DNA of 56,176 nucleotides from IMG/VR virus record IMGVR_UViG_3300050020_000040, positions 1 through 56,176 of that record; one strand, given 5' to 3'. The notes beneath the pieces were generated by a model. It was not told where the DNA came from and did no database searches. It worked only from the letters and a program-made list of their open reading frames with translations. Of the stretch, positions 28,367 through 39,331 are shown piece after piece; within the stretch, counting starts at the first letter, position 1; each line of letters begins with the position of its first letter. A program made the position numbers and the translations under genes. The stretch comes from a virus (lineage: Duplodnaviria; Caudoviricetes).

Positions 28367-28784
28367 CGGCTTTCCCCCAGCGTGCCTTGGCGGCCTTCCG
28401 GGCAGATTCGCTCCGTTGCTCAGGGGACAGACGGGAGGCGCGAGACTGGCCTCCCTTGCGGCCGAGTTCGGCGGGAGGGGATGAGATGGGCGGCGAGAGT
28501 ACCAGCGTAAACGTACGCCCGCAGCTCTTGCAGAGCCCGTCGGCGTCGAGAATGTGGATCTCGGGGGGTGGTGCGGCCCGCAGTCCGAACGAGCCTACGG
28601 TGCCCGGGAAGTAGTCGGTCAGCGCCGAACCCGCGATCTCCTGTGCCTGCTCGCGGGTAACAATCCCACCAGTGGCGAGCCGCTTCGGGCACGTCGGGCG
28701 GTGGAGGGTCGTTCCGCGCGTCTCCTGTGCCCCGCACTCGGGGCATCCTTTCGGGGTTGGCTTGGGGAGGGCACGTTGTCTCAT
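28359..28784 (-). CDS. Hypothetical protein with Zn-ribbon and KGG-like basic C-terminus
   Basis: CPEC; LGRKGGQSRA..LSPEQRSE.ARKAAKARW. Confidence 0.65.
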   Translation of the reverse strand: MRQRALPKPTPKGCPECGAQETRGTTLHRPTCPKRLATGGIVTREQAQEIAGSALTDYFPGTVGSFGLRAAPPPEIHILDADGLCKSCGRTFTLVLSPPISSPPAELGRKGGQSRASRLSPEQRSESARKAAKARWGKADA

Positions 28785-28990
28785 GGGCGTCCCGTCTCTA
28801 CGAAGACCTCGTCGCCCTCTGCGAATGCCCGTTTGCCTGTGACCCACATAACCGCTTCGGCAGGCGTGAGCATCTCGGCGTCGGGGTACCGCTGCCGAAA
28901 CTCTGTTCGGGCAGCCCTAACCTCTGAGGGAACTACCCCTCTGAATGTGCGTACTGGTCCTTCGACCGCGATGGGTTGCCTCATGCCCTC

Positions 28991-29020
28991 AGTCTACCAC
29001 GGATGCGGACCGCTACGCAA
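28991..29020 (-). promoter_or_regulatory. Sigma70-like promoter, probably leaderless, for 28781-28984
   Basis: TTGCGT-18-TAGACT with TG extension, 6 nt before ATG 28984. Confidence 0.5.
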
Positions 29021-30058
29021 CTTCCCCCACCGGGATCGCCGAAGGGCTCCCACCCCCCGCCTCGAAATGAGCGGCGCAGGAGAGCACTTGCACCCCCCAG
29101 AGGGTGTGCTGGACGACGGCGGGAGACTTGCATCCACCGAGGATCAGGCCGGGGCCTACCCTCTGGCCGGAGCATCGGGCTCCTGTCGGGGGTGTGCGGT
29201 AGGTCGGCGAGGGGGTCATGCCCGTACTCCGTGGAACTTCGGCGGGGCCTCGCGCCACGGCCTAGCAGCTTCGCGGCTTTGCGGCTTTGCGGCATCCCCC
29301 ACCGTGATGCGGTTGCCGGAGAAGGGCTCCGCGAACGTCGGCCCATGCGGTACTGTCTGGTGGCGCCAGGAGGAGCGACGGGTACGGCTCACTCGATCTC
29401 CCTAGCACACTCGACCGAGCAGAACTCCGACACCAGCGAGGCCGGCCGGGGGTAGGTCTTGCCGCACCCGTGGCACACCGTAGGCCGGGGAGCGTGAACC
29501 TTGGCGTAGCACGCTGCCGAGCAGATCGGTCTGGGCGTCATCCGCAGGACCGTTATCGGAGAGCCGCACTCCACACACCGACGCTCTATCCAGAGCCGCT
29601 CAGTGGGGGTAGGCATGCCCTAGTTTCTCCGACGATACCGCAGGCGGTGAACTCGACTGGCTCGGAATCGTAGGCGAAAGTAGGGAGCGCTTCTTGGCGA
29701 GCACCTTGCGGACGATCGCCTGGTGAGCGAGTTCGTCCTGGTATGCCTTGATCTGCTTGGCGCGCTCGATCTCGGCGGCGATGGCCTTGTCAATGCGGCT
29801 CATAGGTCGTCCGGGACGTGGCACCAGCAGGTGCGATCATTGCAGTAGCACCAGTGGTCGCCCTTACACCGACAGGCGCAGGCGTCACCTTTATGCTGAT
29901 CCTTGTGCGGCGACAACCCTACAGGCCGAGCCCGATACCTGTTAGCTAGTTCGTTGATCCGCTGCCGCGCGAGATCGGACAGGCCCAGTGTGTCCGTCAT
30001 GGCCCGTCGGCTCCTCCGAGCGCCCGTACCTCTGCCTGCGCGACTCGCTCTGCCTTGG

Positions 30059-30385
30059 TCATCCCAACGCCGAGCCCCGGAGCACCCACGAGACAGCGGC
30101 GAATGCCGGGCACTTCCGGCTATGCGCGCCCGTTTCGAGTTGGTGGATCGAGCAGATACAGACGCACGGCTCAGGCTCCGGTTTCACGCCGCTACGAGCA
30201 AGGCAATCCTGCGCCTCGGTGATGAACCGCTGCATGTCCTCGGGGGTACCGATCTCCCAATCCTCACACTGGTGGGGCAGGTAGAAGTACGGCGGGTCGC
30301 CGGCATAGCAATCCCCACATTCCTCGGGGTCGTGCTCGCTGTCCCCGTGGGGGTGCCCGTACTCAAAGCCGAACGGTTCGGTCAC
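30059..30385 (-). CDS. Hypothetical protein
   Basis: Coupled small ORF; LPHQCEDWEIG. Confidence 0.55.
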   Translation of the reverse strand: MTEPFGFEYGHPHGDSEHDPEECGDCYAGDPPYFYLPHQCEDWEIGTPEDMQRFITEAQDCLARSGVKPEPEPCVCICSIHQLETGAHSRKCPAFAAVSWVLRGSALG

Positions 30386-30643
30386 GGAACCACCTCGCCG
30401 GGATCACCGATGATCCCCAACGCCTCTGGGCACGTCGCCTTCACGATGGCTTCCCGGAGATAGCGTATTCGAATCTCCCTCGGGGTCAGGTAGTGAGGTA
30501 TCAACTCGTGGTCAGCCCGGTCTACGGCGTCCTCAGCCACGCAGACGAGCAACTCCACCTGAGCGTGGAATACAGGGTCCGCCTCAAAGCGGTGCCATTG
30601 CCGACGCTCCCAGATAGGCCGGTCATCGATGATCTCAAAGGGC

Positions 30644-31003
30644 TCAAGCGTTAGTGTCATAGGGAAGTACCCTCAACTCGGCCCTAAGGCTAGCCCCCAT
30701 ACTCTGGCCCACCGATATACGATCTGACAGAGCCCTAATCCTGGCACGTAGCCAGCGTAACGTAGCCTCCGCGACGAGCGCCTCATCCTCGAACTCGGTG
30801 GAGGCGATCAGCGCGGCCCGCTTGCGCTCCTCGACTGGCCCCTTCACTTCCATGTAGGCTTGGGCCTCAGCGAGGTCCGCCGCGTGCCGCGTTCGCACCG
30901 CCGCCATCTCGGCCTCGCGGAGCGTGGTGACCGCTGCGTCCAGTTGCCGCCCCAACTCCATCAGGGAAAGTACGACAGCGTTCGGGGTGAGTTGCTCGCC
31001 CAT
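30644..31003 (-). CDS. Coiled-coil hypothetical protein
   Basis: Helical ORF ending QSMGASLRAE, in a string of coupled genes. Confidence 0.6.
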   Translation of the reverse strand: MGEQLTPNAVVLSLMELGRQLDAAVTTLREAEMAAVRTRHAADLAEAQAYMEVKGPVEERKRAALIASTEFEDEALVAEATLRWLRARIRALSDRISVGQSMGASLRAELRVLPYDTNA

Positions 31004-31678
31004 CAGTCGTCAACCAACCGCAGCATCGCGGGCATCTTCCCAGCGTGGTAGGCTTCGCAGGCCCGGATCATGCCGTCCTTGCGTCTCAGGCGAGCTGCGA
31101 GAAGATCGGCGGCGATCACCGAGTGCGGGTCGGCCCAACGTCGGGGGCCATCCCCTAGCATCTCGTGCGCCACGGCATCTCGATCCGCGTCCATTGGCAT
31201 CTAGTGTACCACCAGACCAGCCGTTACTACCGTTGGACCCGGGGGGTCGTCCGTGGGGCCTTGGGACGGCTCTGCGTTGCCCGGACAGCGCCTACGAAGG
31301 CTCATCCATCTCCCTGCCGCTTACCCAGAGGGTCACCAGACACAGGGCCACGATCAGGTAGGGCAGCGCTTCCACGCCACTCCGTCCCGGAGGATGCCCC
31401 CGACGATGCTGGGGTCAGCCTCGATATCGCCCCACTGGCCGTTAGGTTGAACGTCCACAATGAGATCGCCGGGGAGATCAGGGCCCGTCGCCTGTAGCTC
31501 CGCCAGGTAGTGCGCGTCACGGGGGATCAGGCGGACCCTCAGAGCAGGGCACCGAAGTAACAAGCGAGCGCAACCCACGGGAGGGCAGCGTCCACGTCCC
31601 CAGTCCAGCCGACGAAGATGCCCACCACATAGGCCAGCATCAGTGCCATGGCGGCGACGATGAGCGCAGTCTGCCGGG

Positions 31679-32506
31679 TCATCGCCCGAACAACCGCAGG
31701 ATGTCCCCCCAGCAGCCGCTAGAGGGCACCGGCGTAGGCGTAGGCGTAGGTACGGGTGCGGGCGGCGTAACAGACGGCACGGTGCCGTGCAGCGCGGTCA
31801 GATCGGCGATCAGCGCCGGCCAGTTCACGCTCGGGTCGTTGGCGTCGAGGATGACCCAGGCGTCGGTCGGGTTGTTGGCCTGCCATGAGGGGGTCGCCCG
31901 CTGGAGCGCTCCCCACGTCACATACACGGAACCGCTCGGCTCCCAGCCAATGAACAGGATGTCGTGCCCGTCGTTCGGGTCGGGCGCCGGCGGGTTGTCC
32001 CACGGCAGGCCCTTCTCGAAGTTGGACTCCGCGTTGTCGCCCAGCAGGCATCCCACCAGGACCCCGCCAAACTCCACCGCAGCGGCCTTGACGTCGGCCA
32101 GGTCCACCTCGGCATACCCGGCGATGATACCGTTCTTCCACAGGAAGCCAAGCCAGGTCGCGTTGTCCACGCCCTCGTCAGGGTTCGGCCCCGGCTCGCC
32201 CTGCGCGATGCCGTAGGCGAAGTACGTCGCCACGGTGCCCGCGTACTTGGGCTCACCAAGGGTATCCTCCACCGAGACGTTCCCGACCTTCGCCATGTTG
32301 TAGTGGTCGGTAGCGGCGGCCCCGCAGTCGCCGTACTCGTCATTGCCTTCCATGCCCCACGCGGTGATGCCGTGGGTGCCGTCCCAACTGGCGGGCAGAG
32401 GTTCGGTGCGTACCGTCCGCTTGAAGCGCGAGAGGGCCAGTCGCGGCTCATGGGATTCACGGAGGCCACGCTTGCCAGCTACCCTCTTCGGGAAACTATC
32501 GGTCAT
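31679..32506 (-). CDS. Papain-like cysteine peptidase
   Basis: WGMEGND.YGDC..A, GHDILFIG, TWG; PT-rich tail. Confidence 0.7.
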   Translation of the reverse strand: MTDSFPKRVAGKRGLRESHEPRLALSRFKRTVRTEPLPASWDGTHGITAWGMEGNDEYGDCGAAATDHYNMAKVGNVSVEDTLGEPKYAGTVATYFAYGIAQGEPGPNPDEGVDNATWLGFLWKNGIIAGYAEVDLADVKAAAVEFGGVLVGCLLGDNAESNFEKGLPWDNPPAPDPNDGHDILFIGWEPSGSVYVTWGALQRATPSWQANNPTDAWVILDANDPSVNWPALIADLTALHGTVPSVTPPAPVPTPTPTPVPSSGCWGDILRLFGR

Positions 32507-33282
32507 CGCTCACCCTCCCGAAGTGCTGATCGCACCAGCAATTGTAGACAAGCAACCCGCGCTAGATAGTGGGTCCTAGCGTGGCTCTCGGTCGGCGGGA
32601 CGCCCGCATCAGCATCCATGGTCATCGCGCTCTCGGCTTCCATTAGCCAGAGATACCACCGGGCGTGCTCGACGTCGTGCATGAGGGTAACGTCCGTTTG
32701 CGGCACGGTTCTCCCCTCGTCCCACCCAAACACATCACCCCCGCCCTTCCAGACATCGCAGGCCACGGGCATTGCACGCCTTGACGATCGCAACGCGCCG
32801 CCCTTCCCCCACCCCGACGGGTGTCATCTCCATCTCGATGCGAGCCTCCGAACGCGCAGCCGTCTTGTTCCTGGCGTACGCGCCAAGACGACGCTGCCCG
32901 TTAGGCTCCTTGATGAGAACGTGGTAGTGCTGCATCAGGTCTCCCCTCAGAGCACCGTCCAAGTGACGCTGCTAGGCGGTGCCATCGTGGTGTTTGAATC
33001 GTAGGTGTACAACGGCCCCCACGGCAGCACCGGGTAGGGCTGAGCGTTGGGGACGATAGGCTGAGCTGGGCACGTCCACGTCCACTGGTAGAACGGTTGG
33101 GCGTCTCCCCTGCCGCACGTTGGGCAACGGCCACACGTGGGGCAAGGCTTGGGTGGCGTCGGCTCAGTCCCCGAGGGGATGCGCTCGGTCTCGGTCATCT
33201 CAGTCAGGCCCCCACGCTTCCTGTTCGTCCTCGTCGTCCGGTTCGGGCGGCGGTTGGGTGATGATGGGGAGGTCCTCGTCGG

Positions 33283-33726
33283 TCACCGAGCGGCACTCGC
33301 GTCGAACGGCAGACCACGCGGCGCAGCCCGACGCGCAACCGACGCAGTGAACAGCCCAGCGATCAGCGAGCCAACCAGCGCAGCACCCTGGAGCGCCACG
33401 GCGACCCACGGCGTCAGCGTCGGTGAGACGGTGCCGACGTACTGCACGATCATCCCACCCGCAGCCACCAGAGCCACGGCGACCCCATTGACCCACGTCA
33501 ACACACCGACCACACTCCCGGGGACGGTGATCGTCCAGTTGGCAAGTAGGGTGTGCCCGACGAACGCCACAAGCGCGACGAAACCGAGGATGGACCCCGC
33601 GATCACGTCAGCCTTGGAGTTGCCGAAACCCCGCACGAAAACGAGGATCGCCGCCTGCGCCCCCACAACCAGCGAGAGCAGGGCGTATACCGAGAACGTC
33701 TTGGCTAGAGCTGCGCGCACGGTCAT
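33283..33726 (-). CDS. Membrane protein (about 4 TM segments)
   Basis: Four hydrophobic stretches; GGAGG RBS. Confidence 0.65.
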   Translation of the reverse strand: MTVRAALAKTFSVYALLSLVVGAQAAILVFVRGFGNSKADVIAGSILGFVALVAFVGHTLLANWTITVPGSVVGVLTWVNGVAVALVAAGGMIVQYVGTVSPTLTPWVAVALQGAALVGSLIAGLFTASVARRAAPRGLPFDASAAR

Positions 33727-33885
33727 GCCTCCCACTGGCCCGCAGGGATGCGGGTCACGTCGTAACAGCGACCGAACCACATGCGCCAGATCGTGAACGT
33801 GCGCGAGCCGTCCATGTTGCCGTAGGTGGTCCAGAATGTCTTGGGCAGTAGTTTCCGAAGCTTACGCATGATAGTTATCCCTTCC

Positions 33886-34893
33886 CTATGCCAACCAAAT
33901 CTTGTACTGAGCCGTCACGCGGCCCTTGTCTCCGTCTACGAAGTGCAGCCGCTGGCTCGGGATGGCCGACGATGCCATGGTGTCACGTGCGTAGCGGTTG
34001 TCGCTCTCGGTTGAGCCCGTCTGATAGATCGCGCCCTCACCGTTGGCAAGGGGCCACTCAGCGTGGGTGTGATAGTGGAACGTGTAGGCGTCCCGGAAGT
34101 CCCAGCGATACGCCCCCGACCGGAGCCGGTTGATGTAGTTCACGATGGTGGAAGGAGCGGCGAATCCGTTGCGCCCGATCTCGTCGGAGTGCAGACAGAG
34201 CGCCCGATAGTTGCCGATCTCCACCCGTTGGATGTCCTCGGGGCAATCTTCCCAGCGGAGCCGCTTCTCGCCCGCCATCATGCGACGAGCGTGCTCGTAG
34301 CACATGCGGTCGAAGTTGTCGCCCTTGGGGATGGTGGAACGCTTGCTCCCTATCCGACCGTGGTTGCCCCACTCGGCCACCACTTGGACCCGCTCATAGA
34401 TGCGGAGCGCCTCGCGTACCGTGTCGATGAGAAGTTGGGAGACTGTGACAAACTGCCCAAACAGGGTGGCGTCGATCTCAAAGGGCTGCGTCGGGAACTG
34501 GAAAAGGCCCTCGACCATATCCCCGCCGAAGAGGATCGTGCAATCCTTCACGGGATGGTCGGCCCGTTGGATGTTAGTGATCTGCTCGGCCACCTTGGCG
34601 AAGCGCATCACGCGCTCGCGCATCACTTCGCTGTTGTAGCTGGTGGTGAGTTTGGCCCCTTGCCAATCACCCATGCACCACAGCGCCACCTCGGCACTCT
34701 TGCGCCGCATGTCCACCTTGGGCGTCACGACGGGCGGTTGAATCACCAGGGACGCGTATGCGTCGCGGGCACCCGCATAGCAGGCGGCTACCAGTTCGTC
34801 TAGGCGCGTCTGGGACTTGCGGAGGCGTCGCTCCAGGCTCCGGTTGCTGTTGCGGAGTTCCTCGATCTCGGAGAACTCAACGAGATCACCCAC
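33886..34893 (-). CDS. Calcineurin-like metallophosphoesterase/nuclease with N-terminal coiled coil (copy A)
   Basis: GDWQ, GGDMVEG, GNHGR, HSD, FHYH. Confidence 0.85.
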   Translation of the reverse strand: MGDLVEFSEIEELRNSNRSLERRLRKSQTRLDELVAACYAGARDAYASLVIQPPVVTPKVDMRRKSAEVALWCMGDWQGAKLTTSYNSEVMRERVMRFAKVAEQITNIQRADHPVKDCTILFGGDMVEGLFQFPTQPFEIDATLFGQFVTVSQLLIDTVREALRIYERVQVVAEWGNHGRIGSKRSTIPKGDNFDRMCYEHARRMMAGEKRLRWEDCPEDIQRVEIGNYRALCLHSDEIGRNGFAAPSTIVNYINRLRSGAYRWDFRDAYTFHYHTHAEWPLANGEGAIYQTGSTESDNRYARDTMASSAIPSQRLHFVDGDKGRVTAQYKIWLA

Positions 34894-35101
34894 GCTTGTG
34901 GTGCCCCTCCGAGAAGTGCCTGCCCAGCGTCTTGGTGCTGATCACCCCGTCCGAGAGGGTCCATCGGGAGATCAGCGCATAGGCTAGGCCCTTGGTCCTG
35001 CCTTCCTCGATCTCGGCCCGTCGGGGATCGAGGCAAACCTTGCAAGAGCCTGCCGAACGCTCGTAAACGTGTGTGGCGGCGAACTCAGCGAGGGTGCTCA
35101 T
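34886..35101 (-). CDS. Small Cys/His HTH-like partner protein (copy A)
   Basis: CKVC..ISRW..RHF; similar to 55475-55705. Confidence 0.65.
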   Translation of the reverse strand: MSTLAEFAATHVYERSAGSCKVCLDPRRAEIEEGRTKGLAYALISRWTLSDGVISTKTLGRHFSEGHHKRG

Positions 35102-35370
35102 CGAACCTTCCGGACCTTCACGACCACCGCCCGTGGGATCGACAGCGATTCAGCCAAACTCACGCCCCTCTCGGCGCCCCAGTCCACCGCCGTCTGGTAG
35201 ATCGCGATGGACTTCGGCCGGTCGTATAGCAGGTAGCCTACCGAGTGAATCGAGATGGCCTCGGCTCCGACCGCATCTTCAGTGTGCTCTTTCGGCGGGC
35301 CCCATCCGCTCTTGACTTGGCTGTCTAGCCACTCAACCTCGACCATGTCGCCAGGCTTCAGCACTGCCAC
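35098..35370 (-). CDS. Hypothetical protein
   Basis: VEVEWLDS...SVGYL...IPRAVV pattern. Confidence 0.6.
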   Translation of the reverse strand: MAVLKPGDMVEVEWLDSQVKSGWGPPKEHTEDAVGAEAISIHSVGYLLYDRPKSIAIYQTAVDWGAERGVSLAESLSIPRAVVVKVRKVR

Positions 35371-36307
35371 GTCAACCCTCCCCGCGGTATGCCGGGTCCG
35401 CGAACGGCCCTCCGTCGCTGCGATGAGGTCCCTCAACCGTGGACAGATTGGCGTCGATCTCGGCGGTGGCGATCTCGTGGGTACAGTCCCGACAGTGAAC
35501 TCGGAGCGACGTGCCGTGCTCACAGAGGCCGTTCGACTGGGGAAAGGTGGTCATGGGGTCACCATGCGTGAAATTGGTAGCCAGAGCCGCGGAATCTTGG
35601 TAGTGGCCAGTGTGCGGCGGGTTGCAGGCCGTAAGGAGGTCCCTGTTCTCCCAACGACGCCCGCCGCACTGGGGGCCAAGAGAAAGCGGGCCGGGGTGTT
35701 GCCCACACGCTCACCCGGCCCTTGACGCCGCGTAATACCCCCGTCGCGATGTTGGCGCCCGTCAGCGGCGCAGGGGTGTGGCATAGTAAGCCCCAGCGAT
35801 GCGGCCGAAACCGGGGATCGTTCCGGGGTGTTAGAGAGGCGGGGGGAGGAAGAGGCCCCCAGGTGCATGGGGTCGCGGGGCCGGAGCGCCGCGTGTGCCG
35901 TCATTCCTCCACCGCCGCCCTGGTCGCCGTGCCGGAATGCTCGCCCTTTACGGGGATGGAGACTAACTTCACCGATTCGCGGCGACCAGGATTCGCGGCT
36001 CATCGAGAGCGCACCCGGCCGTCAAAGTCGATCCCACAGGGAATCTCGGTCTTAGCGCGCGTCTTCATCTGCCGCGCCGAAAGAACCACGCCAGATACCC
36101 GGCAGGCTTCGGCGTACCGTTCAGGGTACTCGGCCTCCATTCTGTCAAGAAATGCGTCCACTTCGCGCTCATGCGCCGCCAGTAGTCGCTCGGCCGAGAG
36201 CCAGCCACCACTGGTTCGGTCCCCCCCGTGGTACCAGTTGTTCTCCCCGTTGTCGGGGTCACAGTGGAAGCACCACCCCGGTTCACCGTGGCAGCAGACA
36301 TTGCGGC

Positions 36308-36925
36308 TCATACTACCCCTTCACTGGGTATCGGTTCGAACTCCTTGACAATTTTGTGTAGCTTGTCGATGGCGTATTCGTACTGGACGAGGGCACGCTG
36401 GCCCGAGAGTGGCTTAGGGCTCACCTCCCCGCCGATCGCCCGCCAGTCCCACTCCGGACGGTTCACCCGGAGCCGAAGAACGTCAGCCTGTTGGGGGGTC
36501 ACCCGAGCCGCATCCAATACGTCCTGCGAATCCCGCCAGCCACGCGCCGCCAGCCGAGCTTGCCAGTCATTGCTAGGGGTGATCGGCGGGGGCACCCGGT
36601 CCTGCCAAGCAGCAACCGCAGCGACCCACTCGGGATCGTCCCATATCAAACTGTCCACCACAGCGGCGGCCAGGGCCACGTCGTCGGGCATCCCGCGATA
36701 GGCACGATCGGGTCCGACCGGAGACACGTGTGAAGCCTCGCCATGCCCATAGATGCCAAGCTTTGTACCGAAAACGTCCCACTCAGGATCGGGCGGACCG
36801 TAGGCGCTAAGTCCCACCCCCTCGGTGTCCCACGGCTCCCAACCGGACTCCTCGGCCCAAGCCTCATCCTCGCGGATGGCACGTTCCAGCACCCGCTGAG
36901 CGTCAGCCACCGGGCGCCCTTCCAC
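36308..36925 (-). CDS. Hypothetical protein, possible sigma region-4-like HTH at C-terminus
   Basis: VTPQQADVLRLR...WRAIG...YAIDKL. Confidence 0.5.
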   Translation of the reverse strand: MEGRPVADAQRVLERAIREDEAWAEESGWEPWDTEGVGLSAYGPPDPEWDVFGTKLGIYGHGEASHVSPVGPDRAYRGMPDDVALAAAVVDSLIWDDPEWVAAVAAWQDRVPPPITPSNDWQARLAARGWRDSQDVLDAARVTPQQADVLRLRVNRPEWDWRAIGGEVSPKPLSGQRALVQYEYAIDKLHKIVKEFEPIPSEGVV

Positions 36926-36966
36926 CAGCGTAAGGGCTCAGACGGACGGTGTCTGGCCAGTGGGAG

Positions 36967-37911
36967 TCAGACATCGCCATCCTGATCGTCCCCGAACTCA
37001 CCCGTGGCAAGCGCACCCTTGAACCAGTCCACGGCTCCCCGAGAGGCCTCCCGCACGAAGTCGCCACGGAACAGAGACCAGAGCGCGTCCCGGATCGCCA
37101 CCTCTTCCTCATCCACCAAATCTTTGCCCACCTCGCGGATGAACGACCCGATGTCCTGGACGCGGCCGTGGAACTCGCCCCGCTCTCGTAGGTGCTGGAC
37201 TGCCTTGCGCCAGCGCGCCTCGGTTCGGTACGCCTCCATGAGCGGCTCAATCCCGCCCCTCGCCGTATTGGTCCGCGACCAACTGTCCTTGTGCGTCTCC
37301 TTGAACTTTTCCGAGACGTACTTGGCGGCCTTGACGTAGGCGGGAAGGCCCATCCACATCCATCCCTCAGGGATGAATCGCTTGATGACTACCCCCTCGA
37401 TCTTGGAACCCCCGAGGTAGGAATCTCGCTCTAGGAAACCGTTGAGCATCTCGACGCCGCCAGACCCGCGGAGGATGAGCGGTACCACGTCGAAGCCGAA
37501 GGCAGCAGCGTGCGCCGCTAGATCGTCATACCCTAGCCACGTGCCGTCTGATCGTCGTGCCCCGAACAAGGCGACGTGGCCACTCGGTACGCGCTCATAG
37601 GCGATGGTACTCTGTTTCGGCTTGTCGAGGCACTCCCCGTAGTAGAACCCCTCGGGGGGAAGGAGTGCGGCAACACTCTCGATCGCGTCCACGGCAGACC
37701 AGAACATCTTGTCATCGCAGACTACACCCTCGCGGGCATCGTGAATCACGCGGCCGTGGGAACGGACCACCAGCGTTCCGTCCACCATGCCGAAGCCGAT
37801 CTGCGACCCGTCGAGTTTCTCGGTTACCTCGACCTCGCCTTCCCAAATGTCGGCAACCCAGCGATCACCAAGCTGCAACACCTTGGGATATGCACCCGGC
37901 GCGGCGGTCAC
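36967..37911 (-). CDS. RNA ligase (Rnl2-like nucleotidyltransferase)
   Basis: VTEKLDGS (motif I), YYGE, VVPL, EGVVIK, KYVS. Confidence 0.85.
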   Translation of the reverse strand: MTAAPGAYPKVLQLGDRWVADIWEGEVEVTEKLDGSQIGFGMVDGTLVVRSHGRVIHDAREGVVCDDKMFWSAVDAIESVAALLPPEGFYYGECLDKPKQSTIAYERVPSGHVALFGARRSDGTWLGYDDLAAHAAAFGFDVVPLILRGSGGVEMLNGFLERDSYLGGSKIEGVVIKRFIPEGWMWMGLPAYVKAAKYVSEKFKETHKDSWSRTNTARGGIEPLMEAYRTEARWRKAVQHLRERGEFHGRVQDIGSFIREVGKDLVDEEEVAIRDALWSLFRGDFVREASRGAVDWFKGALATGEFGDDQDGDV

Positions 37912-38112
37912 GCCTTTGTGCTCGGCACGCGGTTGGCGAACAGCGACGGCACCAGGAGCACCAGGAGCACGATATCCAGGATCAGCCACGGGTGCCCGGG
38001 GAACACAACTGGACGATCGCCCAGACGATGCCGAACACCTCCCCGACCGCGAGGGCCGTCATGAGGAGGCAGCACCCGCCAACGCCCGCTCCGATAGCCG
38101 CACCCTTGCCGC

Positions 38113-39138
38113 TCATGCCTTGCCCTCCGGGTTCTCGTACTGAGTGCCCCATCGAAAGCGGTCGTCAAGCTCGGGCCGCGTCTCGGTGAACTCGATCAGC
38201 CCGAACAGTCCCCATGCGGCGTGGGCCAAGTGGTCCTCCCCGTCCTCCCCGGCGAGCCAGCGGTAGATATGCCGGAGGGCGTGGTTCGCCATCACTGAGT
38301 AGGGAATGCCTTTGCGGAAGTTGTGGTCGCTGTACTTAGCCGCGCCCTCAGCGTAGGTGGCAGCCAGACGCTCCATAGCCTGGGGGGAGATCAGGTCGTA
38401 CCTGGTCGCGTCGGCGTCGGAATCTCGCCTCGCACCGGATGGGAACTCTCGAATGCGTGGTTCCATCGCCTCTCCGTCTGGGGGTTCCCACGGGGGATCG
38501 TGCCTGCTCCGGCAACAGCACCGATCCTTGCCGCAGAGCGATCCGTGCGCCGGGCACCGCGATCCCTTAGTGTTCTTGGCTCCCCGCGCGTGGTCGAGCG
38601 GATCGACGGGGGGGTCAACCGGCAGTTTCGCGCCTGGAACATACGGCGGCAACGCGTCCAACTTGCGCTGCCACTCCGCCAGTGTCGCCTCAGCTTCGGG
38701 AGATGGGGGCTCTACCCAGGTGGTTCCGTTCCAGTGGGTACGTCCGGAATCAACCGGGATGCGGATAGCTAGTCCCGAAAGGTCCACGCCCTCAATCCAA
38801 GGACTCGCAGCACCCGGAGCGGCCAGAATTTCCAAGCCGCACGCCGTCGCCACGTCAAGCTCTCGGGTCGCCCCGTCGCTGTCCTCCCACCCGGCGAGTA
38901 GATAGATCGCATCAGAGTGGGAGATCGCCTCAAAGTCCCATTTGTGCATCGCCGCCAACATCTCGCCGTCAGGCGGTGGGCCGCTCGGGTCAAAGCCGAC
39001 GCTCCGATCGTGTTCGGCGGGAGAGCACACAGCCCAACCCTCAGCGCGCAGTTGCGTGGCAGCCTCATCGAAGGCGGGGAAGCCGTAGTGCTCACGTCCG
39101 GACATCGGGCCTGCAATATACAGAGACCGCTTGGGCAC
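38113..39138 (-). CDS. DUF4406 (nucleoside deoxyribosyltransferase-like) fused to DUF5664 dATP/dGTP diphosphohydrolase-like domain
   Basis: LYIAGPMSG..F..A...GWEDSDGA.RE; RYDLI...GAAKYSDHN.RKG...RH...EDHLAHAAW. Confidence 0.85.
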   Translation of the reverse strand: MPKRSLYIAGPMSGREHYGFPAFDEAATQLRAEGWAVCSPAEHDRSVGFDPSGPPPDGEMLAAMHKWDFEAISHSDAIYLLAGWEDSDGATRELDVATACGLEILAAPGAASPWIEGVDLSGLAIRIPVDSGRTHWNGTTWVEPPSPEAEATLAEWQRKLDALPPYVPGAKLPVDPPVDPLDHARGAKNTKGSRCPAHGSLCGKDRCCCRSRHDPPWEPPDGEAMEPRIREFPSGARRDSDADATRYDLISPQAMERLAATYAEGAAKYSDHNFRKGIPYSVMANHALRHIYRWLAGEDGEDHLAHAAWGLFGLIEFTETRPELDDRFRWGTQYENPEGKA

Positions 39139-39292
39139 GCGCTTACCTCCAGTGGGGTGGTGGGGTGCGGGAACCGCCCCATCGCTGGGGGGACGTTTGG
39201 CGCGCTTCGGGGCGGCTCCCGTACTCACACCCGCATCCTACCACGTCCCGAACACCCGTGCAACCCATCCCCGCACAATTCCCCGCGCGGGG

Positions 39293-39301
39293 TGCTAGAC
39301 T
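39293..39301 (+). promoter_or_regulatory. Extended -10 at the strand-divergence point
   Basis: TGcTAGACT upstream of the first plus-strand gene. Confidence 0.45.
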
Positions 39302-39331
39302 ACCCTCAGAGCCGACCAGATGGAGGGAGCC

